From the human T2T-CHM13v2.0 reference genome, Homo sapiens, in the NCBI RefSeq assembly GCF_009914755.1, contig NC_060926.1: a stretch of 64,000 bases of DNA; one strand, written 5' to 3'. Positions 34,811 to 49,779 of the stretch are shown piece after piece. The notes under the pieces were generated by a model that was given only the letters and a program-made list of their open reading frames with translations, did no database searches and was not told where the DNA came from. Each line of letters opens with the position of its first letter. Position 1 is the first letter of the stretch. Made by a program: the position numbers and the translations under genes.

Positions 34811-36094
34811 ATTGCACATGCACACTTACTTCCAATCTTGTTTTTAACACTCGCACACGTATAAATGGGTCAAGCTCTACAAGCTCTTCTTGAACCTTCA
34901 TTTTGTACTTGTTTATTCATGAACATCTTTCCATGCCATTGAATATTTGCCTACAGTGTGGTTTCTGGTGCCTAAGACAATTTTGTTTTAGACATTATAT
35001 GGCCAGGCAGAAGGATTAAAAATCTAGCCTGTACCTAGTGCTTACCATATTCTAGCCACCGCAGGGCTCTTCCCCATAACGCTGAGAAAGGGAATCTCAA
35101 GATGCCCATTTTCAGATGAGGGACCAAGGGTAAGGAACTGGCCCAGGTTCATAAAGACTCACAAAGAGCAGAGTTAACATTTATCCTAAGTGCTATATCA
35201 CCTCTCCTCCTAACCAACTTGCTGTCATTGAATTTTGAATGAGTTTGCAACTTCTCTCTTTTATAGGCATAAAGCATCCCTGTAGCTAAATCTTTGTAAA
35301 TGTCAATAATTGTTTTCCTAGAACCAATTCCTAGAATGGAATTTCTAAGTCAATTCATTTAAGGTGACAAAGAAATGATATTTGTTTTGTAAATTAAACA
35401 ATTATGAACAAATTGTTTCAGATGCTTGGAGGAACCATATTTATTGAACACGATAACTGACAATTGATTTACAAGCAGTAATTACTATTGGTCTGATGGG
35501 ATTTCTTTGAAATGTAACTTCCTATTTACATAGTTTCTCCTGAACAAGAACTTGACTGAGCATAAGCAGGCATTTCTCTAGCTCCGGCCCTTGGCTCCAT
35601 GTGCCCCAAGACAGGTTGGTGGCTGTACTCTACAGCAGACACCCACACCAGATCCCACCCCTCAAAGATTCAGGCAGATGCCTCCTGAATAGCTATGCTG
35701 CACCATGACAGTACGCCAGGGCAGAGAGGCACTGTCACATTCTAGATGTCCCTCCGGCCCCCACCCCAGCCCAGGAATGAAAGGATGGAACAGTATTAGA
35801 GTTAGACCTTCAAGGACTGCCCCATAGCCACCCTGCCATCCTGGGCAGACGAGCTATGCAATCTCTAAGTAGAAATAACCCCTACCTCTGGGTTTGTGGT
35901 AAAAGTTAAAATTTGACAGTCTATTATGCTAATATTTGGCCTAGATGAGGCTCTCAGCAAACCGTGGCTAATACCATCATCAGCTTCATTCAGATTTACC
36001 ATCATGTGTCCTCCCTCCTCTTATGCTTCCCTTCCCCCTCCCAGCCCTCTGCTACCAGAATATAAATATGTGCTAAGAGAAAAGAATGTGCTTA

Positions 36095-36347
36095 TATGAG
36101 AGACTTAGAGTAGTCAAATTCATGGAAACAAAGTAGACTGGTGGTTACTAGGGGCTGGAGGAGGGCAGAATAGGGAATTCGAGTTTAATGGGTACAATTT
36201 CTGTTTTGCAAGATGAAAAAGCTCTGGAGATTGTTTGCGCACCAGTGTGGATGTACTTACTACTGGACTGTACACTTACAGGTGGGTAATGCACTAAATT
36301 TTATCTTATATGCCTTTTACCACAGTTTTTTTAAGTTAAAAAAAAAC
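36095..36347 (+). mobile_element. L1MB 3' end fragment
   Basis: gagtagtcaaattcat...gtttaatgggtaca...gatgaaaaagctctggagat; aatgtgctta on both flanks. Confidence 0.75.
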
Positions 36348-36820
36348 TTTTGTTCAGGAAATAATGTGCTTACACCACAATATTCTCATTAATCTTGGTG
36401 GGTCAAGGCAAGGGTACGCTTTATGCTTTCTGGTTATCATTTCCAAAGCTCCCGCACAGTGAGCTGGGCCCCTGCCCTTGTCTCAGACTCTCCTCTTCCA
36501 CGTCCCTGCCCCATGCAGCCCATGGAAACCACAGCCGGGTGGCAGGGTGAACACATTCCTGGCAGGGTAAGATCTCTTTTAATGAAGTCTTGTTGTGTTT
36601 TTTTTGTTTGTTTGTTTTTTGTTTAATGTAAATGTAAATCCAAGTCTTCGATATCCCTGTGAAACAGGTATTATGACTTTAGAAAACACAAAACCTTCCC
36701 TTGACCCTCTGCGCCTAGCCAGCCTGCTGCATTTCTCCCACCCACACCCTCCACCTTTCAAAAATACTTTACTTTTTGACGTCTCCTCTTCCACCTCGGC
36801 TTACATCTCCCTGTTTTAAA

Positions 36821-37660
36821 ATGCAGGTTTTATTATTATTCAGGTATGGTGAGGCTGACAGATCAGGGAATGACTGCCATTGAAAAGAGTTTATTGTTCA
36901 CAGTTCCCAAAACAAGGGGGCATGCCACGCCACACAGGGCCACACGGGAGAGCACCAGGGCCAATCCGGGGAAGCGGGGAAGGGGCAAAACATGGCAGGA
37001 GCCTTCATTGTGGTTTCCTTGAGAAAGGCGAGGCAGGCCAAGGATAGGCTAGTTTGAATTTCTGTGAGCTCGGGCGCATACGCCCTAGGTTGTCTGGTAT
37101 CTGCCCTGGAGTGATTGGGGCAGAGGATAGTGGCCGGGAGCGTGAGAGCCCTACAGCGGAGGTGCTTGGAGTGTGGGCGCTGGATTGTTTGGTTGGCAGA
37201 TGAAAGGCACACCGGCCGGGCGCGGTGGCTCACGCCTGTAATCCCAGCACTTTGGGAGGACGAGGCGGGTGGATCACCTGAGGTCAGGAGTTGGAGACCA
37301 GCCTGGTCAACATGGTGAAATCCTGTCTTTACTCAAAATACAAAAAAAAAAAATAGCTGGGCGTGGTGGTGCGCGCCAGTAATCCCAGCTACTCGGAAGG
37401 CTGAGGAAGAAGAATCCTTGAGCCCGGGAGGCCGACGTTGCAGTGATCCAAGATTGTGCCATTACATTCCAGCCTGGGCAACAAGAGCGAAACTCCGTCT
37501 CAAAAACAAGAAAAAAAGAAAAAGAAAAAATAAAGAAAAAGAAAGGCACACCCATGGGTGCATCCTGTGTTTGCTATCGCTAAGAATTGGCTAGCCCTGG
37601 GAAGGGCACTCCTTCTAGGACCAGTAAAGCCTCAAATGTCAGAACATCAAGCTAAGATGC
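36821..37660 (-). mobile_element. MER74-type ERVL LTR split by AluS
   Basis: caggtatggtgaggctgacagatcagg...gactgccattgaaaag...catgccacgccacacagggccacac. Confidence 0.7.
37214..37540 (+). mobile_element. AluS (Sq/Sp-like)
   Basis: Perfect 12-bp TSD gaaaggcacacc (37202-37213 / 37541-37552); caacaagagcgaaactcc. Confidence 0.92.
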
Positions 37661-39049
37661 TCTCTCTAGCCCCTCCCCACTGCCCTGAATCTCCTCTCTC
37701 CGTAACTGCTAAGTCCGCTCTTTTCTTCCAAGGCTTCGCCCTTCACCGCATGATATCCTGTGTCACAGGTTCTCACCCCTGGCTGTCCAGAGGAATTGCT
37801 AGAAGGGATATAAAGATCCGAATGCCCTGGCCTCGCCTCCCACCAGTTATGCCACTCCAGGGAGAGGCACAAGCGCCAGGCAGCTTTAGGGTTCCTGATA
37901 ATTCCAAAGTGCAGCTGACGCTGGATTTAACCCCCCTTTTCACTCCTCCTTAGGAAAAAATACCTCATTCCCAAAACCCTCCTCCTCCTCGTGCTGCTGT
38001 TTTCCCATCACTCAGGCTGTTGTTTCTCAGATGTGCTGCGTCCACACAGACTGAAAATAAGCTAAACAAAGGGAACTGTGGCAATGACGCAGCCCAGGGG
38101 TTCTCTGTCATGGGGCATTGCAGAATCACTCAGGTGGGTGCTGGGGGTGCATTTCCTAAGGCTCACCCCCAAAGTGCTATTCTGGTGGGAATCTGCTCTG
38201 CTGAGAAGCACCCAGTTTTTTCCACGTTTTCCCCATTCTGTGACGTGCTTTCTGCTTTCTTCCTTACTGAATCAAGTACCTACAAGAGATCAATGTTTTG
38301 CTAACAACTTTATAAAATAGAAAATATTGCACTGAGAAGATCATCATGTAAAATAGGTGAAGAAATGTTTATCAGTAGTTGTGAAGAATACAGAAGCTTG
38401 GGTCTCAAATGGGGCAACTATGTATTTCAAAACATATCCTGAAGACTGATCTAGTTCTAAAAGTTTATTTGCTCTTCTTTCCTTTCTCTTTTTTGCATTT
38501 CATAGTATTTTGGAATTTTGTAACAAGAAAATGAGGTGCATTAAAGTAGAAAAACTTAAAGGACAGTAAAGTACGATTGCTTTGCTTCAACTGAGAAGGG
38601 CTCTTTTGTGTACACAGTCAGCTTTCGGACCTCCCCCTGATCATCTGTGGCCAGTGGAGAAGAAAGGCCTGACCGGGAAATTGAAGGAGCCAGCAGGGTA
38701 CCTCCACATGATGGAACTCTTGGAAACATTCGAAAAACCCCACTCCCATTCTCAAGATGAAAAATACACCAACCTGGCCCCGCGGTTTCCATACCTAGTG
38801 AGGACACACCGGGGAGGTGGTCAGGGGACTGCGGTGATTATCCACCTTCACACATACAGAGGAAATACGGCCTCAGATGCAGGCCATGTGCCCCTCTCCT
38901 TCTTGATGTAAATGTTTTTCATTATTCCTTTCAACTACAGTCACATCAGTCAGAATTAAAATAGCCTTCAAAAGTTTGGCTGTCGAATCTACCTCAAGTC
39001 ATGGCTAGACTCCAAAGCCCATATTCATTTTATTATAATAAATTTTCTT

Positions 39050-39370
39050 GGCCAGGAGCAGTGGCTCACACCTGTAATCCCAGCAATTTGGGAGGCCAAG
39101 GCAGGCAGATCGCTTGAGCTCAGGCGTTCAAGACCAGCCTGGGCAACGTGACAAAACCTGCTCCTCTATAAAAAAAAAAAAAAAAAACACCCCACAAAAA
39201 TTAGCTGGGTGTGGTGGCATGTGCCCTGTAGTCCCAGCTACTCAGGACACTGAGGTGCGAGGATTGCTTGAGCCCAGGAGGTGAGGTTGCAGTGAGCCCA
39301 GATTGCACCACTGCACTCCAGTCTGGGCAACAGAGCCAGATCCTGTCTCAACAAACAAACAAACCAATAA
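39050..39370 (+). mobile_element. AluJ
   Basis: Dimer with expanded middle A-tract and (AAAC)n tail. Confidence 0.9.
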
Positions 39371-39632
39371 ATATAAATATTCTGTAAAAAGTTGTAGGAA
39401 AAATATTGTTTCGTATTAATTTTTTCTAAGTTTTTTAATCTTTCAAGCAAACTAATGTACTGCCATTAACTCCTGAGGTTGTAAAAGAATGGACAGAGAG
39501 GAGGGGGAGAGAGACAGAGAGAAAGGCTGAAAGGAAAGAAGAACTTTTTTTAGGAAATGAAAACTAAAATATCACTTTTCTCTTAATTAAGAGTAATTTT
39601 CTCCAAATAGTAATATTCTAAGTCAGAGAGCT

Positions 39633-39955
39633 TTTATTATTATTATTATTATTATTATTTATTTTTTGAGATGGAGTCTTGCTCCATCGCCCAGGCTGGA
39701 GTAGAGTGGAGCGATCTCGGCTCACTGCAATCCCCGCCTCCTGGGTTCAAGCGATACTCCTGTTTCAGCCTCCTGAGTAGAGTAGCTGGGACTACAGGCA
39801 CACGCCACCATGCCCGGCTAATTTTTGTATTTTTAGTAGAGACGGGGTTTCACCATATTGGTCAGGCTGGTCTTAAACTCCCGACCTCAGGTGATCCACT
39901 TGCCTCGGCCTCCTAAAGTGCTGGGATTATAGGCGTGAGCCACCACGCCCAGCCC
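39633..39955 (-). mobile_element. AluSx with (ATT)n tail
   Basis: Reverse Alu dimer; small internal gagta duplication. Confidence 0.9.
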
Positions 39956-40362
39956 AGGGAACTTTTAAATACCTTCTTCTGTATTATTATGAATTCTCTG
40001 TTGCCAAAATTAGGTTTGTTTTATCCATTTGGGCTCTTTTCAATTCATAGATTCAAGGGCACTGTTTTGTGTTATTTATTTCAAGGACAGCTTCAGAAAC
40101 AGTTCTTTGAAAAGAGAAACAAACAATATATAATAAGTCCAGAAGGGTTTTTTTCCCAAATCAGTTTGCACAGTCAGTCACTGGGGGAGTTTTTGAATGG
40201 TCTTGGAGTTCTGGTTTGGGTAAAGATGATATCCGGACTTCAGCTGGTCCCTCCATGCTACCCCTGTCTAGAAGGGGCCTCTGGGGATGGGATCTGGGAG
40301 CAGAACAGACCAACTTGTTCTTATTGATATTTAAAACCTGCTGTGCTGAACCTAAATGGCCC

Positions 40363-40795
40363 TGCACTGGGTTGGGTATTGTCCCCACCAAAATTCACAT
40401 CTACCAGGAACCTCAGAATATGACCTTATTTGGAAATAGGGTCTTTACAAATGTAACCAAGCTAAGATGAAGTCATACTGGATTAGGGTGCAACCTAAAT
40501 GCAATGACTGGTGCCCTTACAAGAAAAGGAAAGGAGGGGCAGAGACACAGAAGAATGCCAGGTGAAGGCAGAGGCAGAGATGGGTGGGATGCGGCTACAA
40601 GCCGAGTGCCAGGGATTGCCAGGAGCCACCAGGAGCTGGCAAAGGCAAGAAAGGATGCTCCCCTAGAGCCTTCAGAGAGAGTGTGGCCCTGCCGACACCT
40701 TGGTTTTGAACTTTCACCCGCCAGAACTGTAAGAGAATAAATTTGTGTTGTTTTAGGCTCCTTAAGCTTGTGGTAATCTGTTATGGTAACCCTAG
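40363..40795 (+). mobile_element. MLT1C-type MaLR LTR
   Basis: gaacctcagaatatgaccttatttggaaatagggtctt...aataaatttgtgttgtttt...gttatggtaaccctagg. Confidence 0.85.
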
Positions 40796-42379
40796 GTAGA
40801 TTCCAGCCAAAGAGGCTAGCATTCATTGGGCCTCACTCAAGCCAGATCAGTAGATGCTACAAGATGAAGCAGCCCCCTCATGGCCTAATAGATTAATAAT
40901 AGATTAATAACATCAAGTCTTTAGGGATGACAGAGCCTGGAATTGTGGGGAGGAGAAAGAGAGCAATGGGATGGAGGAAGAGGAAATAATATCTTAGTAA
41001 CAATTTCAGTAATAATAACAGTCACTGTATTAAGCACTGTGCAGAGTGCATTATGTATTTCTTACACCAACCCTGGGTAATGAATATTATTGTCTATATT
41101 TTATATGTCAGGAAAATTAATTGAGAGGGCTAAAGGGCTTCCCTCCAGTCATGCAGGTTGTAAGAACCAACTCCGAAGCCCCAGTACTAACCATTCTGCA
41201 GTGCCTCCTCTCAGAGCACAGGTCTTCCTGGATTGGGGTTTCCAAAGGAGCCTTCCAATGTTAACCTTTTGAGCAGCAAACATTATCACAAGGGTGGCTT
41301 CTGGGTAACTTAGATAACCACTTAATTAGTAATGCATTAAGCATACCACTCTCTCTGGGATGTATCTGGATAGTCAAGAAGGATGGAGGGACTCCATGGC
41401 TAATATCCTCTTCCCTTTGCTAGCAAACATGCAAATATCACCCTCTCCCTCAGCCTAATGTGAGCACTTTCTATTTAAAATGATGGATACTTAAAAAGTG
41501 AGGGTGGAGTCCACTGATCTTTTACAAAAGAGCAAAGGCAATAATACAATGGAAACAAGACAAAGAGAGTCTTTTCAACAAATGGTGCTGGGACAACTGG
41601 ACATCCATGTGCAAGAGAAATGAATCTAGACACAGACCTATGTCCTTCACAAAAATTAACTTAAAATAAATCACAGTGTAAAATGTAAAACTATAAAATT
41701 CCTAGAAGATATATGGAGATTGGAGATTTGTTTTAGATACAACACCAAAGGCATGATCTATGAAAGAAAGAATTGATAAGAGGGACTCCAGACTCCATTA
41801 AAATTAAAAATTTTTGCTCCACAAAGACATAATGAGGAGAATGAAAAGACAACCCACAGACTGGGAGAAAAATATTTGCAAAAGACATATCTGATAAAGG
41901 ACTGTTATCCAAAATATGTAAAAAGCTCTTAAAATTCAACAATAAAAATGAAACATCTGATCAAAAACATGGGCAAAAGACATGGAAGAGGATAGACTAA
42001 TGGCAAACAAACATATGAAAAGATGGTCCAAAAGCCTATGTCATTAGGGAATTGCAAATTAAAACAACAATGAGATACTACTAAACACCGATTAGAATGG
42101 CCAAACTCCAGAACATTGACGACGCCAAATGCTGAGATGGATGTAGAACAACAGAAACTCTCATTCATTATTGGTGGTAATGCAAAATGGTATAGCCACT
42201 TTGGAAGATAGTTTGGCAGTCTCTTACAAAGCTAAACATACTCTTATAGTATCCAGCAATCACACTCCTTGGTACTTACCCAAAGGAGTTGAAAACTTAG
42301 GTCCACACAAAATCTTGCATATGGAGGTTTATAGCAGCTTTGTTCATAATCCCCAAAACTTAGAAGCAACCATGATTTC

Positions 42380-42743
42380 TGTCTTAGTCTGTTCAGATTG
42401 CTGTAACAAAATACCACAGACTGGGTAGCTTATAAACAACAGAAATTTATTTCTTGCTCTTCTGGCAACTGGGAGGTTCAAGATCAAGGTGTCAGCGGAT
42501 TCAGCATCTGGTGAGGGCCTTTTTCCCTGTTCATAGAATGGCACCTTCACTGTGTCTTTACATGAAGGAAGAGGCAAGGGATCCCTTTTGGGCCTCTTTG
42601 AAAAGGACACTAATCCCGTTCATGAGTCCTCTACCTCCTAGCCTAATCACTTCTCAAAGACTCTACCTCCTAATATCATTACCTTGGGCATCAGAATTTC
42701 AATGTATGAATTCTGGAGGGACACAAACATTCAAACCATAACA
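42380..42743 (-). mobile_element. MLT1A-type LTR
   Basis: tgtcttagtctgttcag...gggacacaaacattcaaaccataaca. Confidence 0.85.
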
Positions 42744-42909
42744 CTACCCTTCAGTAGGTGAATGGATAAATAAATTGTGGTCCCTCTATAGACAATGGAA
42801 TATTATTCAGTGATATCAAGCCATGAAAAGACATGGAGGAAACTTAAATGCGTATTACTAAGTGAAAGAAGCCAGTCTGAAAAGGCTACATACAATATGA
42901 TTCCAACTA

Positions 42910-43247
42910 CAGTCTTTTCCTCAATATCCATGGTGGATTGGTTCCAAAAATTCCTTCAGATACCAAAAATCTTTGGATGCTCAATTCTGTGACATAAAAT
43001 GGCATAGTATTTGCATATAACCTAACCACATCCTCCCACATACTTTAAATCATCTCTAGGTTATTTATAATACCTAATATAATGTAAATGCTGTGTAAAT
43101 AGTTGCTGTAGTGTATTGTTTAAGGAATAATGACAAGGAAAAAATACCCAAACATATTCAGTACAGAAGCAATTTTTTTCCCCAATATTTTCAATCTGAA
43201 GTTGGTTGAATCCACAGTTGTGGTGCTCAGAGCTACAGGGCTGACTG
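42910..43247. mobile_element. MER2 (TcMar-Tigger)
   Basis: CAGTC...GACTG termini with TA duplication on both sides. Confidence 0.85.
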
Positions 43248-43779
43248 TATATGACATTCTGGATGAGGCAAATCTATGAAGACAGGAATAGATCAGTTAG
43301 GTGCCAAGGATTGAGGAGTAGGGAGGGATGAACAGGCAGAGCATGGGGGTGGTTAAAGACAGTAAAACTATTCTCTGTGACACTACAACCCTGGAAATTA
43401 TACATTTGTCAAAACTCAAAGAACATACAACACGAAGAGTGAACCAAGGGTGATTATGATGTGTCAGTGCAGGTTCATGGCTGTAACAAATGGACCACTC
43501 TGGTGGGAGATGTTGATAATGGAAGAGGCTGTGTATATGTGGGGCAGTGGATGGATGGGAAATTTCTGTACTTTCTCTCCATCTTGCCGTGAACCTAAAG
43601 CTGCTCCAAAAACAATTATTAAAAAAAAAAAAGCAATGGGGTGGGAAGTAGAACTAACTAGGCACGTAGATCTCAGCGCAGGCAGGTTCATATGACACCC
43701 CCGCCAACTACCCAGCACAACCGTATAAGACACAATCTTTTATAGCTTCTCGTTTCATCAGGAGTCTGACACAATTCTT

Positions 43780-43799
43780 TTATTTATTTATTTATCTAT

Positions 43800-43830
<31 letters not shown>

Positions 43831-43948
43831 TTATTTTTTTCTCTCGCTGTGTTGCCCAGGCTGGTCTTCAACTCCTGGCCTTAAGCAATCCTCCCACCTC
43901 GGCCTCCCAAAGTGCTGGGATTACAGGTGTGAGCCATGGTGCCTGGCC
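43780..43948 (-). mobile_element. Free Alu left monomer (FLAM_C-like) with (TTTA)n tail
   Basis: Perfect TSD cacaattctt (43770-43779 / 43949-43958). Confidence 0.85.
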
Positions 43949-44712
43949 CACAATTCTTAATTGTAGATGATAAATTCTCTTTGCATCACAAGGCAGCAGA
44001 GATCAGCCTCTTTCACTTCTCTGTGCTGTTACCATCCGCTGGCAGTCTCGAAGGTTGGGGCATTAAGAGGCCTCTGAGACCAGAGTCCTGGCCCCTTAAC
44101 CGGGTATTTTAATCCAGTGAGTCTGCCATGGGGCCCCAGAATCTGCCCTCTCAATAAGCAGCCCGTGTCATCTCTATGCAGCTATCTGCAGATCACATCT
44201 GGAGAAAAGCAAATCAGATTATAAAGCTCTAAAAGGCAGAGCTCACCATTGACTCCCTCCTGCCTGCCCCATGGTAACACTACTCAGGAAATATTAACTG
44301 AACAAATTAATACATTAATTTCTTGTCCAGTGTCTTAGAAAGTTAGGAGGATTTTACATCCAAGTTTTTTTTTTTTTTTTTGACGTGACAGAAAAGGAAA
44401 ATGGCATAGTGTGCTAAGTTTGCCGACCGTACTGGGGAAGGAAGGGTCTGGCACTCCTTGGGATTCTGGATATGTGCTTTCTGCCAGCTGGAGAGCTCTA
44501 ACCTGCTGTTAGGGAAGAATGGCAAAAGTCCAGCTTGGAGAAATTTCAAAAGGATAACCCAGGTGACAAGCTTCAGCCTCACTATGCAATGCTGTGTGAC
44601 CTCATGGGAGTAAAACAGCTCAGATAATGAGACCATGAAAAGTTGTACAAAGCATTAAACACCATACATTTAAAACATTTAAAGTTGACTTTATTATGAA
44701 GCAAAACATTCA

Positions 44713-45160
<448 letters not shown>

Positions 45161-45541
45161 AAGACCCTTCCCTACCCCTGTCTAGTGTTTTGTGATATGC
45201 AGCGTGCTTTTCTACGTATTGAATCTTCACAACAACCCTGTGAGGTAGGTACCCTCATATCATTTTACAAAAGAAGAAACTGAACAGTTGGGAATTTTTC
45301 CCAGGCTATAAGGCAGAACCAGGACTATAATTTCGATCTTCTGAGTCCGAGCCTTGACTAGGACTTTATTACGGAGGGCCTCTTTCCTCCTGTATCTCAT
45401 TGGTTCATCATGCCTTTATCTTGGTTGGTACTTTGGTGGCTTTACATGGGCAAATAAGTTTAGCTTGTCCCACCTCCTGCCCCACTAATACTTCCTAATT
45501 CAGATCATGGATATTAACATGGGACAGGGCACAAGGGCTCA

Positions 45542-45965
<424 letters not shown>

Positions 45966-46230
45966 CCGGAATTGTCAAGTTCTTGGGTTACATTAAGAAC
46001 ACTTTTTTCAAAAATAAATTGGAGCAATTATAAAAAGTACAATCAGCTGACCACAAACAGACATGAAGGATCTTTTTGGAGGTGATGAAAATGTCCTCAA
46101 AGCAGATTGTGGTGATAGTTGTGCAACATTTTAAATTGGCTAAAAATCATTTAATTGTCCACGTGCAGTGGGCAAATGTCATGATACATAAACTAGATCT
46201 CAATGAAGCTGTTAAAAACATTCAAATATC

Positions 46231-46530
<300 letters not shown>

Positions 46531-47190
46531 AAATTCAAATATCAAAAATAATTTTACTAGAGTAAGTAAGCTGTGTCTGTTTTCTTTACATTACAAATGA
46601 AAAAGTATATTTTTTACCAGGCTTAGGGATTTTGTTTGTTTGTTTAGAATTAGGGCATAAAATGTCAGAAAAAAATGCGCAAATAAGTTTAAAATTAGTT
46701 TTTGAGAAAGTCAGGTGAAAATGTAGTAGAGGGCCCTGCAGATGTAATTTTGGAGAAGGAAACAGGTTTTATAAAGCAGCCCTGTGAAATCTGATGTGTC
46801 AGTACTGGGTTTTTCTCCTGTGTAAGCCGCACCTGTCCCGGGAGCCCCTGGGTATAGGCTACTTGAGATGTCACATGCTCTACCTGGAGAAACACAAATT
46901 GGCAGGTATTATTTTTTAGCATCTTGAAAAAGTGCTAATTGTCTCAGATTCTGTTAAAATATAAAGCTCCATTTTTAAACAAGTGCCATATGCTTTGTGC
47001 CTCTAGCAAAATCTTCCTACATGGTTTGGGGACTTTTAAAATCCTACCTTAGATGTAACACCTCTAAATTAGTTAAGAAAGGAAGTGAATAAGTTGGCTT
47101 TTAATAGTAAAATGCACAAACAACATTCTCGAGGATTAATTTGGAAGCTGGTGACCCTAAGTGAATTATACGCTTTGGCCTCCTCTAAAG

Positions 47191-47578
47191 CAGTGGTCCC
47201 CCACCTTTTGGCACCAGGGATCCGTTTGTTGGGAGGCAATTTTTCCACAGGACCAGGAGCGGATGGTTTTGGGATGAAACTGTTCCATCTCAGCAGATCA
47301 TCAGGCATTAGATCATCGGGCATTAGATTCACATAAGGAGTGCGCAACCTAGATCCCTCACGTGCACAATTCACAATAGGGTTCCACTCCTATGAGAATC
47401 GAATAATGCTGCTGATCTGGCCAGAGGCGGTGCTCAGGTGGTAATGTGAGCGACGCGGAGCAACTGTAAATACAGATGAAGCTTCGCTCGCCCTCCACTC
47501 ACCTCCTCCTGTGTGGCCTGGTTCCTAACAGGCCAGGGAAAGGTACTGGTCTGTGGTCCCAGGATTTAAGAACCCCTG
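47191..47578 (+). mobile_element. MER1 (hAT-Charlie) DNA transposon
   Basis: CAG...CTG termini; perfect 8-bp TSD ctctaaag (47183-47190 / 47579-47586); internal 15-bp duplication. Confidence 0.9.
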
Positions 47579-48870
47579 CTCTAAAGAAAGGTGGTAGCAC
47601 AAAGATACTTAAAAAATGAGTATTTTATGGCCATCCTGTGGGTTATTTTGGACTTTTCAGAAGTTCTTAAATAATCAGTTGTTCTTTCTCATAACCAGAG
47701 CAAGCATAGGCAGTCAGTCTGAGCCATAATCTATCTGAATCTGTAGAAATAAATTTGTCCACACTATGAAACCCTCACGTACACTGAGTGGGTACCACTA
47801 ACATGGGGCTTGCCCAGGACAGAGGGAAGGAGGGAAGAGTCAAAGAGTAAAAGAGAAGATATGACTCGATTTTCCATTCTTCCATTTGTATCTGCTTAAG
47901 CAAATCATCTCATTGCATTGATTGAGTTTCCTCATCTGTAAATGGGAATAGTCACGTATCATCCCAGTGGCTGTGAGAAAGAAGTAAAAGCACATTTTAG
48001 ATGCACTTTGTATATTTAAAGTCTTATTCTAATACTACCTATCACTGTTTCTTTGGTCAGAGCAACATTTCAGTCATCATTAGATTGGGGATATGTAAAG
48101 GCCTGAAATCTTCAAGCTGGACTCTAAGATTAGAGTCTCCCAGCCACCAGCTGGTATGCAAGGCTCTGGAGCTATGAATGGGTTGCTGGGGTGTCTGAGG
48201 CAGTAACCTCTTAGCCCTGCCAGCAGCAGCACAGGCCTGCGGTCGGTCTCTCTAGTGTGCCCTACAAATAACATTTTCTATACGAGTCTTGACTTTAGAA
48301 GGGTGGGGAAGCACCAAGGATTGAACAAAGAGATGAGACAGTGTCTGAATCCTCACAGCCACCCTGCATCTCCCATGGATCTGGCGTTAAATCCTACACT
48401 CTTGACAGCCAGCAGATTTTACATTTGAGGAGACAAATAGATCTCATCCACATTTGCTTGAGAAGCATCTGCAAAAGCTCCCGCATCAGATGCACACACG
48501 GTCCTACAGGCCCAAGGGCATCCTGTGTCCTGAGTGCCTGCCAAGACACCCGTAGCCCTGTGACAGTCCCACACACACGCCCTGCACCCACGGCCTTCAC
48601 ATCTTACCTTTCCTGCTGAAAGACATCCTTCCTGTGGCTCCCAATGCTGACTCATTCCTGATATAAAAGTCTGATAGGAACTGCTAGTTACATCATTATC
48701 TGAGTGGCCTCTCTCTGCATAGCCTAGGGGTTAAGGCATGGGCCCTGGAGTCAGACTGTCTGATTCTAATGCAGGGCCCTACTACTATACTTTCTAGGTA
48801 AATAACTGTGCATCCAGTTCTTCATCTGTAAAGAGGAGTCAATGTGAGGGTTAATTGAGAGAAACCATGT

Positions 48871-49050
48871 CAGTAGTTCCTACAACTGAGAACGTTTACC
48901 CTGGATGACTTATTAAAATGCAGTTTGCGCCCCCTGGCGTCCCAGGGTTTCTAATTCAGTGGGTCTGGAGTGGCCCTGAGAATTTTCCTTTCTCAAGTTC
49001 CTAGGCGATGCGGATGCCGAAGACGCAGGGGCCGAGCTTCCTGACCACTG
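48871..49050. mobile_element. MER5A (hAT-Charlie) within MIR
   Basis: cagtagtt...ttaaaatgcag...ttctaattcagtgggtctggagtggccctgagaatt...accactg. Confidence 0.7.
48927..48940 (-). promoter_or_regulatory. CTCF-like motif
   Basis: Minus strand ACGCCAGGGGGCGC, one mismatch from the core CCGCCAGGGGGCGC. Confidence 0.45.
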
Positions 49051-49779
49051 AGCTATGTAAGGGGCTTAGCCTGGCATGCTATCAGCACACGAGAAATGTT
49101 AGCCATTACTAAGAAGAATAGGCAATGAAGATTTGCCTCATTAAAAGACTTCCCAGTTGTGTTCTACTTGAAAATTTCTCCCCAAGAATCTTGTTCAAGT
49201 CGAGGAATAAAAAATCTGGTTCCTTTCAGCTCACTTTTCTTTGAAGTTAAGACACGTGGCACGACACCTGTTTCTAAACACAGCTACTTGATGTATTACT
49301 TTTGGCAGCTCTTGCATATTTTTTCATCGCCAATAAAGTTATTGAAATTGAAATATACCATCTGTTTGAGAGTTTGTATCAAAAAGACAGGTGACAAGGT
49401 TGCAGGTAATGACAGAGTCAAGCTGTTCCCACAGCAAAGGGCTGTTCCTAGCTTCCCCGTCTGCCAAAATTGACTTCATTTCTTAGATTTGACATTTTTG
49501 AACCAATATGTTCTTCTGGAGCAGGGATTAAAAATCCAATATCACAAAACCAATTGGTTTTACCTGCAGCAATATTAAAGACTATGGAGAAAGAGCCCAA
49601 CAAATTTCCCACCATTTGGCTGAAATAGAACCAGCAGAGAGAAAGCAAATTCTATCAGATGTACATATATATGTAAATGCATATATATATATATAATTCA
49701 AAATCTGATAATTAAAATGTAGATGTACCTGTGTGTAGTGTGTACCTGACTTTTTTCTTAATGTTTGTGAAAAACAGTT

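Larger units (their letters stand above)
41510..43632 (+). mobile_element. L1MC-type 3' fragment interrupted by MLT1A and MER2
   Basis: ttcaacaaatggtgctgggacaactgg...aagtgaaagaagccagtctgaaaaggctacatac...ctaaagctgctccaaaa + poly-A. Confidence 0.8.

Noticed and set aside
34344-34901. 185-aa minus-strand ORF
   Set aside because: Lies mostly within a degenerate L2; no domain signature.
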